Assembly: GCA_951406725.2 (NCBI GenBank)
Contig: OX597826.1
Span: 15,128,001-15,192,000, forward strand
Direction: 5' to 3'
DNA: 64,000 nucleotides
Origin: Octopus vulgaris
Lineage: Eukaryota
Made by a program: the position numbers and the translations under genes. This document shows positions 1-12,970 of the stretch, piece by piece. Each line of letters starts with the position of its first letter. The first letter of the stretch is position 1. The notes beneath the pieces were generated by a model that made no database searches, was not told where the DNA came from, and worked only from the letters and a program-made list of their open reading frames with translations.

Positions 1-310
1 CTCTGTCCATCTGGGCCTTAAATCCAGGGACTCTGGCTACGTCCTTCATGATATACGTTCTGGAAGGCACCGTCTTCCAGAGCAAGCCAGTCTCGTCCAT
101 ATTGAAAACCTGTACCGGCTTGTATCTCTTGTCCTCAATGATCTGCCTGGAGGTCTCGAGGTACTTCGCGGTGGCTTCGGTTGATGCTGTCTCTCTAAGC
201 AGGGAATCACACTTTATTTTAAACCGTTTCTGGAAACAGTCAAACCAATCCCATGCTGGTTTGAAAATCTTTGGGCTCCGGTGCTGTTAATGGTCTTGGT
301 TGTGGTTCTT
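1..310 (-). mobile_element. Tigger/pogo-family (CENP-B-like DDE_1) transposase fragment, frameshifted, runs off the window start
   Basis: Minus-strand translation WFDCFQKRFKIK...IIEDKRYKPVQVFNMDETGLLWKTVPSRTYIMKDVARVPGFKAQMDR contains the pogo/Tigger FNxDETGL motif with the first catalytic Asp; frameshift near 250 (DFQTSMG/WFD). Confidence 0.85.
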
Positions 311-339
311 CGGTCAACTGAAACTGAAAAAGCCCGTCG

Positions 340-376
<37 letters not shown>

Positions 377-791
377 TAAAACATATGCATATATATAAAC
401 ATATATGTACGTACCTACTTCTACATGTACATATACACACATATATGAGTACAGGATACCAAAAGGACGTCGAACACAATGAGAAACGAAAACATAGACA
501 CAAACCAAAGGAACTGGACTTTTTTTTAAACAACAAAAAAATAGAGTACAGGACAATTAACACAAAGAAAAAAACCTTCTTCAGTCGCTATGGTTTCATC
601 TACTCTACGTATCGAAGGATAAAAGCGAGACGTATCTTCGACAATATATATAAATACAAAATGGGACAAGAACGCAAAACATTCAAATAGACGATACAAA
701 AAACACGGACGGGTCATTCGAAGCCTCTAATCTTCAGTCAAGAACCGGACCATCCTCGCAATTTCGGCTGATCATATATATATATATATAC

Positions 792-932
792 ACGACGCAC
801 TTCTTTCAGTTTCCGTCAACCAAATCCACTCGCAAAAGCTTCGTTTGGCCCGAGGCTATAATAGAATATACATGACTAAGGTGCCACGCAGTGGGACTGA
901 ACTCGGAATCATGCCGTTGGGAAGCAAGTTTC
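792..932 (-). mobile_element. tRNA-derived CORE-type SINE (family A), 5' half, degenerate
   Basis: Matches the other copies in the window (ttctttcagtttccgtc..ccaaatccactc...aaggtgccacgcagtgggactgaac). Confidence 0.75.
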
Positions 933-2239
933 TTTCTGCTTCATGACATGTCAGTTTGAGAGCGTATTTGAATCTTGAGATGCAGGTCATAAATATCATT
1001 TGGTAATTATGATGCATCCTCTTGTGGCGGAGATGATTTTAATAATTCAAGAAATTTTGTTGTGTAGTATTTGGCATACTGTTATTTGTCTCTCTCTCTC
1101 TCCCATCCGCTCACTCATACATTAAATCATGCGAACGAATTCACGCACAGACACATACGCATACACATACACACATACACACACACAAACACACACACGC
1201 TCATGTATATACGCACGCACCTGAGGATATGTTGTAACAGATGTATATTACCTGAAAAAGCAATAACATGCAGAAGCACTATTTACTATTTCCTGTTGTT
1301 TTTTGTTTGCTTATATTATCAGACAAAACTGAAAATATGTTTAACAGAGATAAAATTGAGGAAAACAATGAAAAAAAAACATGAAAATCACATAAGAGAA
1401 AAAGAAAAAAAATGTAGTTGAAAAACTTGAAGGAAAACAGTGAAAATGGAGAAGAGATATAATTAATGAAACATATTCTCTATCTTCTCGGAATTCTGAA
1501 GATCATTGCTATTTTATGTGTTTCGATGTAAAAAAAAGCAACAAAAGAGAGAGGCTGTGGTTACTGGAAGTATACCGCAGACAGGCGGGCAATGAAAAGG
1601 AAATTTGTCAGACGACAGATTATAGCGGGAAGTATGAAGGGAAGGACATAAAGTCTGTCAAATTAATGAATAAAATCTCAATAAAACTTGCATGAAAAAT
1701 CAATAAACACATAATTGAAAGTTGTGTTTGACGTTGTTAAGTAATGAAAACTCGAAGTCTCCAAACGAAAGAGTAGATAGGCAGTAGTGCGGTAAATAGA
1801 GTAAATTTTATACGGTTATAACTGAATGAGAACTAACTTAAGAAAATGAGAAAATTGGATGAGAAAAGACGGAGAAATCAATGAAATATATTCAATAAAT
1901 AAATTGAAAACGATGTTCAGTAAATATGTATGCACTCAAATAATAATAAATAAATGTAATAATACAAAACAATAATTTAATGTAATAACATAATTGAAGT
2001 AATTAGTTCATTTATTAATTCAATAGCCTAAATGTATTAATAAATGAAATATCTCAGAATTAGGGTAATTTCCTAAGAAAATGAGTGAAAGTCAAGTAGA
2101 GGTTCGATTTACGTAGAGCTTTTATGAAACGTTTTCTTTTCAAAATGAATATTGAGTAAATGAATAACTAAAATACGTAATAGTTTTCGTTAGTTACGAA
2201 TATGACAGAATTAAGAGAAACCGGAATAGTAAAGAAGTA

Positions 2240-3362
2240 CTAGTTTCAAATTTTGGCGAAAGGCCAGCAATTTCAGGTTAGAAGCACAAGCCGATTACAT
2301 CGATCCCAGTACTCAACTAGTACTTATGTTATCGATCCCGAAAGGATGAAATGCCCAGTCGAATGCAAAGATATGAAATGTCGCTAAGCATTTCGCCCTG
2401 CATGCTAACGATTCTTATTACTTTACTGCCCACAAGGGGCTAAACACAGAGGGGACAAACAAGGATAGACAAACGGATTAAGTCGATTACATCGACCCCA
2501 GTGCGTAACTGGTACCCCGAAAGGCAAAGTCGACCTTGGCGGAATTTGAACTCAGAACGTAGCAGTAGACGAAATACCTATTTCATTACTACCCGCAAGG
2601 GGCTAAACACAGAAAGGACAAACAAGAACAGACAAACGGATCAAGTCGATTATATCGACCCCAGTGCGTAACTGGTACTTGTTTTTTCGACCCCGAAAGG
2701 ATGAAAGGCAAAGTCGACCTTGGCGGAATTTGAACTCAGAACGTAGCAGTAGAGGAAATACCTATTTCATTACTACCCGCAAGGGCCTAAACACAGAGAG
2801 GACAAACAAGGACAGACAAACGGATTAAGTCGATTATATCGACCCCAGTGCGTAACTGGTACTTGTTTAATCGACCCCGAAAGGATGAAAGGAAAAGTCG
2901 ACCTCAGCGGAATTTGAACTCAGAACGTAGCGGCAGACGAAATACCTATTTCTGTATTACCCACAAAGGGCTAAACACAGAGAGGACAAACAAAGACAGA
3001 CAAACGGATCAAGTCGATTATATCGACCCCAGTGCGTAACTGGTACTTGTTTAATCGACTCCGAAAGGATGAAAGGCAAAGTCGACCTCAGCGGAATTTG
3101 AACTCTGAATGTAGCGGCAGACGAAATACCGCAGAGCATTTCGCCCGGCGTGCTAACGTTTCTGCCAGAAGGTCGCCTTATGTATAAAGAAATATTATTT
3201 TCAAGTTTTGGCACAAGACTAACCAGTTCGGGGAACGGGTAAGTCGATTGCATCCACCCCCAGTATTCAACTTTATAGACTCCGAAAGGATGAAGGGCAA
3301 AGACGACTTCGGCGGAATTTAAATTCGTCTGTCGTGATGACGATTCTGTCAGCACACCGCCT
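2240..3362 (-). mobile_element. Cluster of tRNA-derived SINE family B (Meta-domain-like), including a tandem array of four ~180-bp units at 2420-3178
   Basis: Repeated unit tttcattactacccgcaaggggctaaacacag...cgaccccgaaaggatgaaaggcaaagtcgacct.ggcggaatttgaactcagaacgt; B-box gagttcaaattcc on the minus strand; gcctttcatcctttcggggtcgat core. Confidence 0.85.
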
Positions 3363-3813
3363 TATCTATATACGTTGAAAAATATCAAAAGATTTCTAAC
3401 TTAGGGATATCGAAAAAAAAAATTATAGTCAGTGGTAGCAATTTGATGGCACCAAGTATATTACTGGTACTTTATCTTAAAGTGATTAAGGACTCGGGAT
3501 GTGTTTATGAGGGCGAGTATTGTGACACGTATACGATGTTTTACGGTCTTGGTTTTACTCCATAGCGCCCCCTACAAATATTAATAGAAAACAAGTGAGT
3601 TTTTTCGACCAAGATTTGCTTAAAAAGTGAAATGACTGGAGAAATATCTTATCAGCTTCATGGTTGAATGTTTTGGTAAATTTAGATCTTGACTATGTCT
3701 CGAAGCAAGTCAATGACCTCCGTTTGTCTCGTCTTCTCTGTGATGCAATATTGATTTTTTTTTGTTTTGAATGAATCACATGACATTTATTGTATGCTCT
3801 TCGGTTGTATGTA

Positions 3814-3848
<35 letters not shown>

Positions 3849-4103
3849 TTGTGTGCTTGTAAGTGTGTGTCTTCGTGCGCGCACGTGTTTGTGTGCGTAT
3901 AAGCATGTGTGTGTATGTATGTGTGTGTGTATGTGTGTGTGTGTGCGTTTGTATATGTGTGTGTGCGTGTGTGTGTGTGTGTGTCTATGTTTACAGTTTA
4001 AAAACCGGTGTGCTTTATGTTAGAGTCTCCTCATCATGTAATTAAGCGGCTCGACAAATAGTCCACGAAAAATATAAAGCAAAATAATAATAATAATGAT
4101 AAT

Positions 4104-4146
<43 letters not shown>

Positions 4147-4151
4147 GAGAA

Positions 4152-4947
4152 TACGTGGTGGTAACAAAAGTTCCCGGTCTAGTTATGTTTAATAAAAAAT
4201 AACTTATTTACTTAAGTTTTAAACATCATCTCCTTCGAAATAGTCACCTTGCGCAGCAATATACCTGTCCCAGCGTTCTGTCACTTTTGGAATCCGTCCT
4301 GGAAGTCGTTTTCCGTTAGTGAGTCGAGGATCTTCTGCAACTCGCTCTGGTTCTCAACAACAGCAACCTTTCAGCTGCATTTTCATATGCAATGGGGGAA
4401 GAGATGTAAGTCTGCAGGTGCTAAATATGGCAAATAGGGCGGGTGCAGAAGCGATACTGTGTTGTTTTTGGCGAGGAACTCACAAGTGAGGCGAGCTCGG
4501 TGTCAGGGTGCATTGTCGTGGTGAACAACCCAATTGTTCGCGTTCCACAGATCCGGTCGCTTTCGACGGATGTCCTCCCTCAAACGCTTCAAAACGACGT
4601 TGCTTGTCCTCCAACGATCCTCATGCACAAACTGATCAATGTTCTCCACATTTCCGGGGGTGACGCTCGTGGTAGGTCTTCCAGACCGTTCATCGTCTTC
4701 CAAGGACGTTCTTCCGCTTTTGAACCGCTCCTGTCTCTCGAAACATTGCGCACGACTCACTGCCTCGCTGCTGTGTGCTTCTCAAAGCACGCTCGATGTC
4801 TCTGTTGCAGACTTCCCAAATTTTAAGGTAAAATTTCACCTTGACTCTTTGTTTCATGACAAAAATCGCAGGCTACAGCATACACGTGTGCTGCCATCTG
4901 TTGGCGCGCTACAGAACTAGTCCAGGATTGTTTTGACGCTTCCTCTA
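4152..4947 (-). mobile_element. Mariner transposon, internally deleted, with degenerate TIRs
   Basis: Minus strand encodes the HTH region (RFKSGRTSLEDDERSGRPTTS), LKRLREDIRRKRPDLW...HHDNAP, HPPY..LAPAD and C-terminal GDYFEG; TIR-like ends tacgtggtggtaacaaaagttcccggtctagtt and aactagtccaggattgttttgacgcttcctcta with TA at both ends. Confidence 0.9.
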
Positions 4948-4989
4948 AGACTGAAATAATTACTGTGATCATGAAAGAAGTGCCCAATA

Positions 4990-5067
4990 TGGGCAAGTGT
5001 CTTCTACTACAGCCTCGAGTCGAACTTGTGAGTGGATTTGGTAGACGGAAATTGAAAGAAACACATC

Positions 5068-5113
<46 letters not shown>

Positions 5114-5322
5114 ATGTGTGTGTATGTGTTTGTGTATATGCTTGTGTGTCTGTGTTAGTCTCGCCAACATAGCTGGTGTAGTTACGTCGCCGTAACTTAG
5201 CGGTTCGGCAAAAGAGACGAGAGAATAAGTACTAGGCTTACAAAGTCCTGGGGTCGATTTGCTCCACTAAAGGCGGTGCTCCAGCATGGCCGCAGTCAAA
5301 TGACCGAAACAAGCAAAAGAAT
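4990..5322 (+). mobile_element. SINE family A, 5'-truncated, with internal (TA)n/(TG)n
   Basis: gggcaagtgtcttctactac core...gtaacttagcggttcggcaaaagagac...ggcggtgctccagcatggccgcagtcaaatgac tail. Confidence 0.85.
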
Positions 5323-5382
5323 GCATACATACATACATACATACAGACAGACAGACAGACAGATACATACATATATATAAAA

Positions 5383-5476
5383 AGTAGTACTTCGGTTTAC
5401 GAACGCCTCTGGTCATGAATATATCGTGCTTTATATATATACACATCTGAGTTGTTAGAAAATCGAGGTACTAATG
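5383..5476. mobile_element. Possible tiny Tigger/pogo-type MITE remnant
   Basis: Imperfect inverted ends agtagtacttcggtttacgaac and gttagaaaatcgaggtactaatg resemble CAGTNGTACCTCG pogo/Tigger TIRs. Confidence 0.4.
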
Positions 5477-5792
5477 TGTATATATATATGTATGTATGTA
5501 TTTATATATATATATACAATAAATGAGTTAATTGCATTGCAATTAAAAACGTTTATGTATTAAGAATCTGGGTACTTTACCAACAGTATATTGGATAAAT
5601 GCTATCCCATAGTGGGATACACCCATAACCCCTATCTTACTTTGTAATATATATATATATATATATATATTTAATATACTAATTATTTGATTTTTCTTTC
5701 TCTTTCATTGCTTATATTATATGTAATATGTATTATATTACACACACATACCATACACACATACACACACACATACACATTCATACACATAA

Positions 5793-5825
<33 letters not shown>

Positions 5826-6992
5826 CATGCATAAATGCACACACTCACACACATCTGTATACATACATGTATATTCATTGTACGGAAACAATAATTTGAA
5901 ACGTATCCGGCATTACACTTACTCACTGTGATATACAGAAATACACAAACACATTGTAATACACGCTTATACATACATTTACTAACACGCATACACACAT
6001 AAACGTTCCCTCAAAAATATCCCTCACTCCCCATCCCCGAATCCCCCCCATAAAACTACACATGCTCCCACCGACAATAAACTTGCCGACACTCCCACCG
6101 AAAACAACAAACAAACTGCAAACTTTGATAGCCTCGTAAAAGAAATAATGATAAGAAGCTGGGGATGTAGACGAAGAAAGTGTTACCCCAGCGCCGCCCT
6201 TTCAACACAACTTCCACCATCAGTAGCAGAGGAAAAGAAAGGGACAAGCTAAAACCGCGCACAAAACGTCCTTGCATAAAACAACGTCCATATTGATACC
6301 ACATCACCGCAAAACATCCCCGGCTTTTATATCCTATTATTATAACTTTCAGTGGGTTGCCCAAACCGTAAATAACCATACTGTCTTTTGGACCATTGTG
6401 AAAAGCGGATTTTCCCTCTCTCTGCTTCTTGTCTGTTTCCAGTTCTTTTTGACAAAATCCCCAGCGGTCAGGGCGAAATTTCACGTTTATTCTTAGAAGT
6501 TTATGTCTATTTGATCTATTGGGCGCTTAAAAAAGAAAAAGAAAAAAAAAAGAAAAATAATCAGCCAGGCTGTAAATGGCAGAGGTCGCGTGGAATGTGA
6601 GCTTTGAGAGTTAATTTCTTTGTTTATCTGTACATTTATGGATTTCTTTATGTCTTCAAAATTTTCATACAAGCGCTCGCGCATGTGTAAGAGAGAGAGA
6701 GAGATATGGGGAAAGAGAGATGAGAGAGAGAGAGAGAGAGAGGATGGGGAAAGAGAGATGAGAGAGAGAGACAGAGATGGAAAGAGAGAGATGGTGAGAG
6801 AGAAAGAGAGAGTTTTTCTCTTCTGTGAATATTCTTAAAACGTTTCCTCTGTCAGAATTTATGATAGCAGCGTATGAATAAAACAATGTTAATCAAGATG
6901 TATTAATATAGTGAATGCCATATGGTGAGTGGTAAGTTGAGCCTGCAACACGGTTTCAATTCCTGATTAAAGTAATTTCACCTTACTTACCT

Positions 6993-7163
6993 GTTTCTTT
7001 ACTGCCCACAAGGGGCTAAACATAGAGGGAACAAACAAGGACAGACAAACGGATTAAGTCAATTACATCGATTCAGTGCGTAACTGGTACTTAATTTATC
7101 GATCCCGAAAGGATGAAAGGCAAAGTCGACCTCGGCGGAATTTGAACTCAGAACGTAACGGCA
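6993..7163 (-). mobile_element. SINE family B, truncated, flanked by a ~19-bp direct repeat (probable TSD)
   Basis: Family B body; flanks atttcaccttacttacctg (6975-6993) and atttcatcttacttacctg (7163-7181). Confidence 0.8.
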
Positions 7164-7406
7164 TTTCATCTTACTTACCTGGCCAAGGCACTGAGATGTG
7201 TGAAAGTTACAAGTAACTTGTAGTTGTTCTCTTACCAATTTGTTTTAACCAATCACAGATTAAGGTTACGCTTTTAAACTGACGGATACGATGTTTTGAA
7301 GTCTTCATTATTACTCTCTTCGCTTTGAGTTCTTCTTTCGCTGAGCCCAACTTTGCTCTTCAACTTTCACGATCGATAAATAAAATATTTAAAAATAGTA
7401 AAGTAC

Positions 7407-7528
7407 CTGCCATTAGCTGATATCTAGTTGTATCCCTTTCTTCGTGGAGTAAATCACCTGCAGCTTGATTTAATTGAGGAGGAATGGGCTCCACTTCCAG
7501 AAACTCGCGTTCTTCAGTTTTATAAAAC
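7407..7528 (-). CDS. Candidate isolated internal exon (122 bp) of an unknown host gene
   Basis: Acceptor ctctttcAG| and donor gcag|GTact bracket an open, non-repetitive frame FYKTEEREFLEVEPIPPQLNQAAGDLLHEERDTTRYQLMA; no homolog recognised and no partner exon found. Confidence 0.35.
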
Positions 7529-8648
7529 CTGAAAGAGGCGATGAGTTGACAAGTATGAATAAAGTCTTTAACATTTTCCAAAATATCTCACTGTATTTAA
7601 TTGCGTTCAAATGCCGTTGATGTTAACTTCGCTTTCGGGGTTCAGTACTGGAGTCGATAGTATAAGTTTGTATATGTTCCATAAAATTTGTAGCCCGGTC
7701 TCTATGTTATAAACTAATTCTATCATTTTTCGAAAACCATTCACCATTTCCATAACATCAATGATATGATATAAATTTTCATCTGGTCATCGTAGAACTA
7801 CATCAGTTCACCCATTTGTAAGTTTGAGCTATTTTTAACAGCATAAGGGTGTCTCAAAGATGGCACATACCTAACACACACTGTGGTGGCTTCTTTTGAG
7901 ACACGCTCGAGGAAGTGAACTCGCAACTAATTGAAGTGAAATTATAAACACTTTCATATTTAGTTTGGCATCCTAGTGAGTCAGCTATCAATGACCTGAA
8001 TCAAGAAGTGAAGTGAATGTAATGCATTTCCCAAGTAAATAAAATCAACTGTCTGAGGTTTGAAAGCGAATTATAGACTAGACTTGGTCTACTGGGAAAT
8101 GGTAAGAATGACATAACTTCCAATTTCCATTTTCCTAAAAATATATAAATTGCGGCGAGTCAAAAGAAATCGATATTATATTATTAGCACAAATAAAATA
8201 GAAGTTTTACATTGACACAACCACACATCTGAAGAGGAGGGGTATAACTCATTGATATTCCCTACAACAGAATATACCTAGAGATTTAACAATCACTGTA
8301 TGTAATAGGCAGATGTAAATGGGTTGTTTTTAAATACAGTATCTTCATGGACAGGAAAGAGAAATCACACAGATTGGTTTCAATCGTGGGTTGAGATTCC
8401 TCTGACTGAGTCCTCTTATTAACAGGTCACAAGAATGCTTCTAATAAATCCAATTTTAACTAGTTATTGAGTAATTGAGAAACATTTCCACACCAGTTAA
8501 TATCAAAAGGAGTTTTATTATTGTATAACGAAGAAGAATGAAAGGAGGTCGATCTCGGCGGGGCTTAAAAGAAATACAAGTTTCCGTTATTCTCCTTCTA
8601 CGGTTAATGCTGTCAAATTGGAGTAAAAACATTTTCCTTAGTCTAGAA

Positions 8649-9147
8649 CAGAGGTTCCTACCATTTTTATTTTTGGGTACTTTTAATTACAATTTTATTC
8701 TGGTGGACCCCCATAGCCATTCAATGTTTCAAATCTAGTTTTATAGAAACTTCTTTCAAAATTCTTATTTTGTTTTTCACACATTAATTTGTGTAGCTTC
8801 AACTATGTGAAGTGTTAGAGAAAAACTTAGCTGTTTCTGGCAATACATACCAAAATTTTTTCAGGAGCCCTTAAAATACGATTGTGGATCCTCAACTTAC
8901 TATTTTATTACGTGAACCCACCAAATCTCATGTGGATCCTCAGGGGCCATATGGACCCCAGCTTGAACTATGTAAAATGTTAGAGAAAAACTTAGCTGTT
9001 TCTTGCAATATATAGCAAAATTTTTTCAGGAGCCCTTAAAATACTATTGTGGATCCTCAACTCACTATTTTATTACGTGACCCCCCCCCCAAAAAAAATC
9101 TCATGTGGATCCTCAGGGGCCATATGGACCCCGGTTGTGAACCACTG
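8649..9147. mobile_element. hAT/Charlie-like MITE with an internal ~165-bp tandem duplication
   Basis: Termini cagaggttcc and ggttgtgaaccactg (CAGTGGTTC-type); imperfect 8-bp TSD gtctagaa/atctagga fits the NTCTAGAN target; two internal copies start near 8797 and 8962. Confidence 0.75.
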
Positions 9148-9919
9148 ATCTAGGAAGATTTGATTTTGAGACTATAATGATAATAATTAATCGATAGTGC
9201 ACTGAGGCGGGTTTGACTATATGTTAACCAAATAGCTATACTATGTTGCAGATGACTTAGAGAGTCAAAGTTTGATGGCTATTTTGACATTGAGAGATGT
9301 TGACTTTAGATCTTGATTGAGGATCTTCACTTCGTCACATATGAATCCAGATTGAGTACATCTACTTGTCATAAATTTAGATTATTTATCCAATACTTAT
9401 TCATATACTTCATTGCCTCCCTCCCAAAAGATATGACAAAAGACTTGAAGTCTGAGCAGAACTCTGACGAACTAAATAACAGATCTGTCACTCTTCCTTA
9501 GTGCCAAAACGTTGATGAATGAGTGCCTCACTTGATTATAAGAGTTTTATGGCACTTCAACTAACTAATTACCCCAAGCCGGGTCAGCAATTAGAAACTT
9601 CAACTAAAATACACTTCTTCAGTGTACTAGAACCTTCATATTTCTGTTCCTTTTAACAAAATGTTGCGATAGTGTAAACAGCATCACTCCACTTATTATA
9701 ATTTATTATATCAATTAAGACATTGGCCAGCGATATATTACAGACCAATAAAAAATTAGGCATAGTCTCGATTAAATATGAAAAATAGGTAAACATCACA
9801 AGTTTTTAGTTATTTTTTCTATATATGACGAATGAAGAGATAAAAATTGATTCTAAGCTTGATAATAAAAAACACTCAGACAAACACAGTAACATCGTGA
9901 TAAGAAAGTGTAATTCTAA

Positions 9920-10175
9920 CACTGTTTTTCAACTATTTTCTTTTACCTTTGGACCCTATGATTTCTATTTTGTTTAGATGGACCCTTCTAGTCATTTTAT
10001 GTTTAAAAAATCACATAACATTTTAAAAATTAACTGTTTTTAGGAATTGTATGAACAAATTGTTAAAATGTTTTGTGTATTGTAGAAGTATAACCATTTT
10101 ATTGCGGATAAATTTTAAGAACAAAATCTTAAATGGACTCGTAGGGGCTATATGGATCCCGGTTGAGAACAACTG
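9920..10175. mobile_element. Second, more degenerate hAT/Charlie-like MITE related to 8649-9147
   Basis: Right end aggggctatatggatcccggttgagaacaactg matches the 9110-9147 terminus; left end cactgtttttcaac. Confidence 0.6.
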
Positions 10176-10337
10176 TTCCAACAGAACGGAAGCTGCATGA
10201 GCACTAACTAGCCCCAGATTTCGACCACCCGGTTATCAAACTTCCAAAATTTCTTTAGGGTTTATGATTTCGAAAGTATTGTAAAAGAATGCTAAATATA
10301 TATTCATAGGTAAATTTATGGAACGTTCCATATTCTA

Positions 10338-11628
10338 TTTGGGTTGGCAACTAAGTTGCCGCCGTTTTTTTAAATTTTGGAATTTATTATGTTTTTAAAT
10401 TTTGGAATCTATATTTTTATTCGAGAAGTCTATTTTTGAATCATTTTGGAATCTATTTTATTATTTGTTCTAGTTAATTTTAGTTAATTTTTGTTTATTT
10501 TCAGATCATTAAAATAGAATGTCAAGTTATGAAAAACGAGCATTTTTGACACCTTCTTCTTTTTACTTTTAATTCTAAGGCCGCAAAAGCTGCTCGCGAC
10601 ATTTGTGCTGTGTCTGGAGAAGGTGCTATAACTGAAAGAACCGCTCGTGATTGGTATGCTAAGTTCAAAAACGGAAGTTCAAAGACGCACCTCATTCTGG
10701 CCGTTCTGGCCGTCCAGTTGAGTTCGATGAAGAGCGATTAAACCAAATGTTGCCCGAACATTCTCATCAAACGACAAGGGAACTGGTAGTGAAAATGGAA
10801 TACTCCCACACTGCTGTAGAGAAGCATCTTCACTCGATGGGAAAGGTTCAGAAGTATGGAGAATGGGTTCCACATGCTTTAAGTAACAACAAAAATCATC
10901 CAACCACAATCTCCGCTGGCTTGCGTGCCCGTCACCGCTCAACTCATGGACACAAGCAACGATTTCTTTACCAAATCGTTACTGGCGACGAAAAATGGTG
11001 CCTGTACATCAATATTAAGCAGCGTAAGGAATGGCTTAGCCCCCGGTAAGCAAGCAACATCGCAAGTGAAACAAGATCTTCATCCGCGTAAAACGATGTT
11101 GTGCGTATGGTGGGACTGGGAAGGGATTATCCACTACGAATTGCTTGAACGGAACCAAACGGTCAATGCGGAACTCTATGTTAAACAGATGGAACAACTC
11201 AACACGGTTATTCAAGAGAAAAGACCTAATCGGCAGCATGGAGTTCTGCTGCACGACAACGCCCGCACTCATTTCGTCAATATGACCAAGGAAGCTATTC
11301 AAACGCATGGCTGGGAAGTGCTGCCAAACTGACTGTACTCTCCTAATTTAGTACCAACGGATTTTGAACCTCTTTCGATCTCTTTCAAATGCTATGCGCG
11401 GAGTTTCGTTCAATACTGATGCAGAATTAAGAGCTTGGTTGCATCAATTTTTCGAGTCGAAATCGGGTGATTTCTACCGACGAGGTATTGAAAATCTTGT
11501 TGAATGTTGGGAAGAAGTTGTAAACAACAAGGGTGAATACATTATTGATTAATTATTTGCTATTTTTTATTAAACCTTTTAAAAAATTTAAATTTAAATA
11601 AACGACGGGAATTTAGTTGCCAACCCAA
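10338..11628 (+). mobile_element. Full-length (~1.29 kb) mariner element with a pseudogenised transposase
   Basis: TIRs ttgggttggcaactaagt.. and ..atttagttgccaacccaa; motifs WVPHAL, IVTGDEKW, MLCVWWD, LLHDNAR, YSPNLVPTD, C-terminal GEYIID*; several stops and frameshifts; start codon appears mutated (ata near 10513). Confidence 0.95.
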
Positions 11629-12399
11629 CATATTTGAAGATTTTAAGATCAAGATTATATTACCATCTATCCTGTATTCAATTACATTTCAATTCCTGAT
11701 TAAATTTTAAAAGTTCCCTTCATACACTCTTGTATTTTTTTATAGCATGCGTACAGTGATCTGCTCTGATGCTGCATTTCAGTAGAAATGACAAAATAAA
11801 TGAATTAAAGTAAAAAGAAAAAAAGAATGAAAATAAAAACAAATGCGTGCCAGTTTTTGTTTTAATTTTATGTTATTTTTTAAAAATTTTAAATTTCATA
11901 AGTTTATTTAATTTGTTGTCAATTTTCGTTTTTAGTGCACCTTTTATGAATCTTCCCATTCTCAAATATGCTGAAAGTTTGTTATAGGAAAGGAAAATAC
12001 CTGATCCAACCTTAGGCACAAGATGCAAGTTTACATTCGGTTTTTAATATGGTGTAAAGTCAGATTATTCCAACTCGCTTGAAGATCTCTCGGTGTTTTA
12101 CAGTATATCACAATTAGCCTTCCGCCCACCACTCCATGCATGCATCCATCACCCATTGGGGATTCATCTATGCATCCATTCATCCATCCATCTATCCATT
12201 CATCCATCCATCTATCCAGTCATCCATCCAGCTATCCATTCATCCATCCATCTTTGCCCACTGTTTCTTGGAAGGTGATCGGAGTAGTATCCTCAGGCAG
12301 TCCCTTCAACAAAAGCAACCGCCATCAAACTTTCCGCCTGGATTATCAGGCGTAACTAGTAGCGACTGCGAATATTATCCAAACATTTTGCTCTTGGTC

Positions 12400-12970
12400 T
12401 ACCCCACGGTCTCCTACCGGTGGGCTCGGCTTGAAGACTTCATCTTGCGACATTCTAATCACATATCCGTAGTATGGGAGATACAGTCACGACCTGGAGA
12501 GACTTCCTGCTCTCCAAGCTACGCACATTATCAAGTAACTTTACTCTAGACACCCTTCGGAGGAAACCATTTTGGCTGATTGTATTCGCGATCGTATACT
12601 TTTGGTCTTACCCAACACTCTTGACGATAGATGAATACTCGCAGGAAAACAGAAATGAAGATAGCAAGTTTGATTTTTTTTTTGCCAACCATTTTTCTCT
12701 TGAGGGTCGAATGCTGGAGCTGGCCTGTTATTGTGTCAGTATCTGCAACTCTAACAATCAGTTCAGCCTCTTATCACTCATGAATATGGCCTCGAGATTT
12801 CTCGAGTTTCTCTGCTCGTCTCAGTGATGGTCCACTAACTTGCAGAATGCACTGGGAAGACTTTCTTGAGAGGACTAAGGTCTCGATTTTCACCACACTA
12901 ATTCTCCTGCCTTGCAGCACTCGGCAGTAAAAGTACTTATTGTTTCCCAAAGTAATTTCAGATTCCAAAT
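12400..12970 (-). mobile_element. Degraded RTE/Expander-type LINE RT C-terminal remnant
   Basis: Plus-strand text (cacccttcggaggaaaccattttggctgattgtattcgcgatcg..; atcactcatgaatatggcctcgagatttctcgagtttctc) resembles the antisense of the RTE FKYLG..FTSDG and IQAAEMxFLR regions; no intact ORF. Confidence 0.55.

Noticed and set aside
443-775. Segment between (TA)n tracts with CTGAAGA/GAAA words on the minus strand, possibly another PLE terminus
   Set aside because: Could not be folded into a hammerhead and has no second copy in the window.
2420-3178. CRISPR-like regular array
   Set aside because: Units are whole SINE bodies without unique spacers; eukaryotic context and no cas genes.
7170-7183. 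tacttacctgg resembling the U1 snRNA 5' end
   Set aside because: Downstream sequence does not match U1; it is simply an antisense splice-donor-like word.
9470-9495. CTGACGA followed by the palindrome acagatctgt-c
   Set aside because: No GAAA, stem II or stem I.
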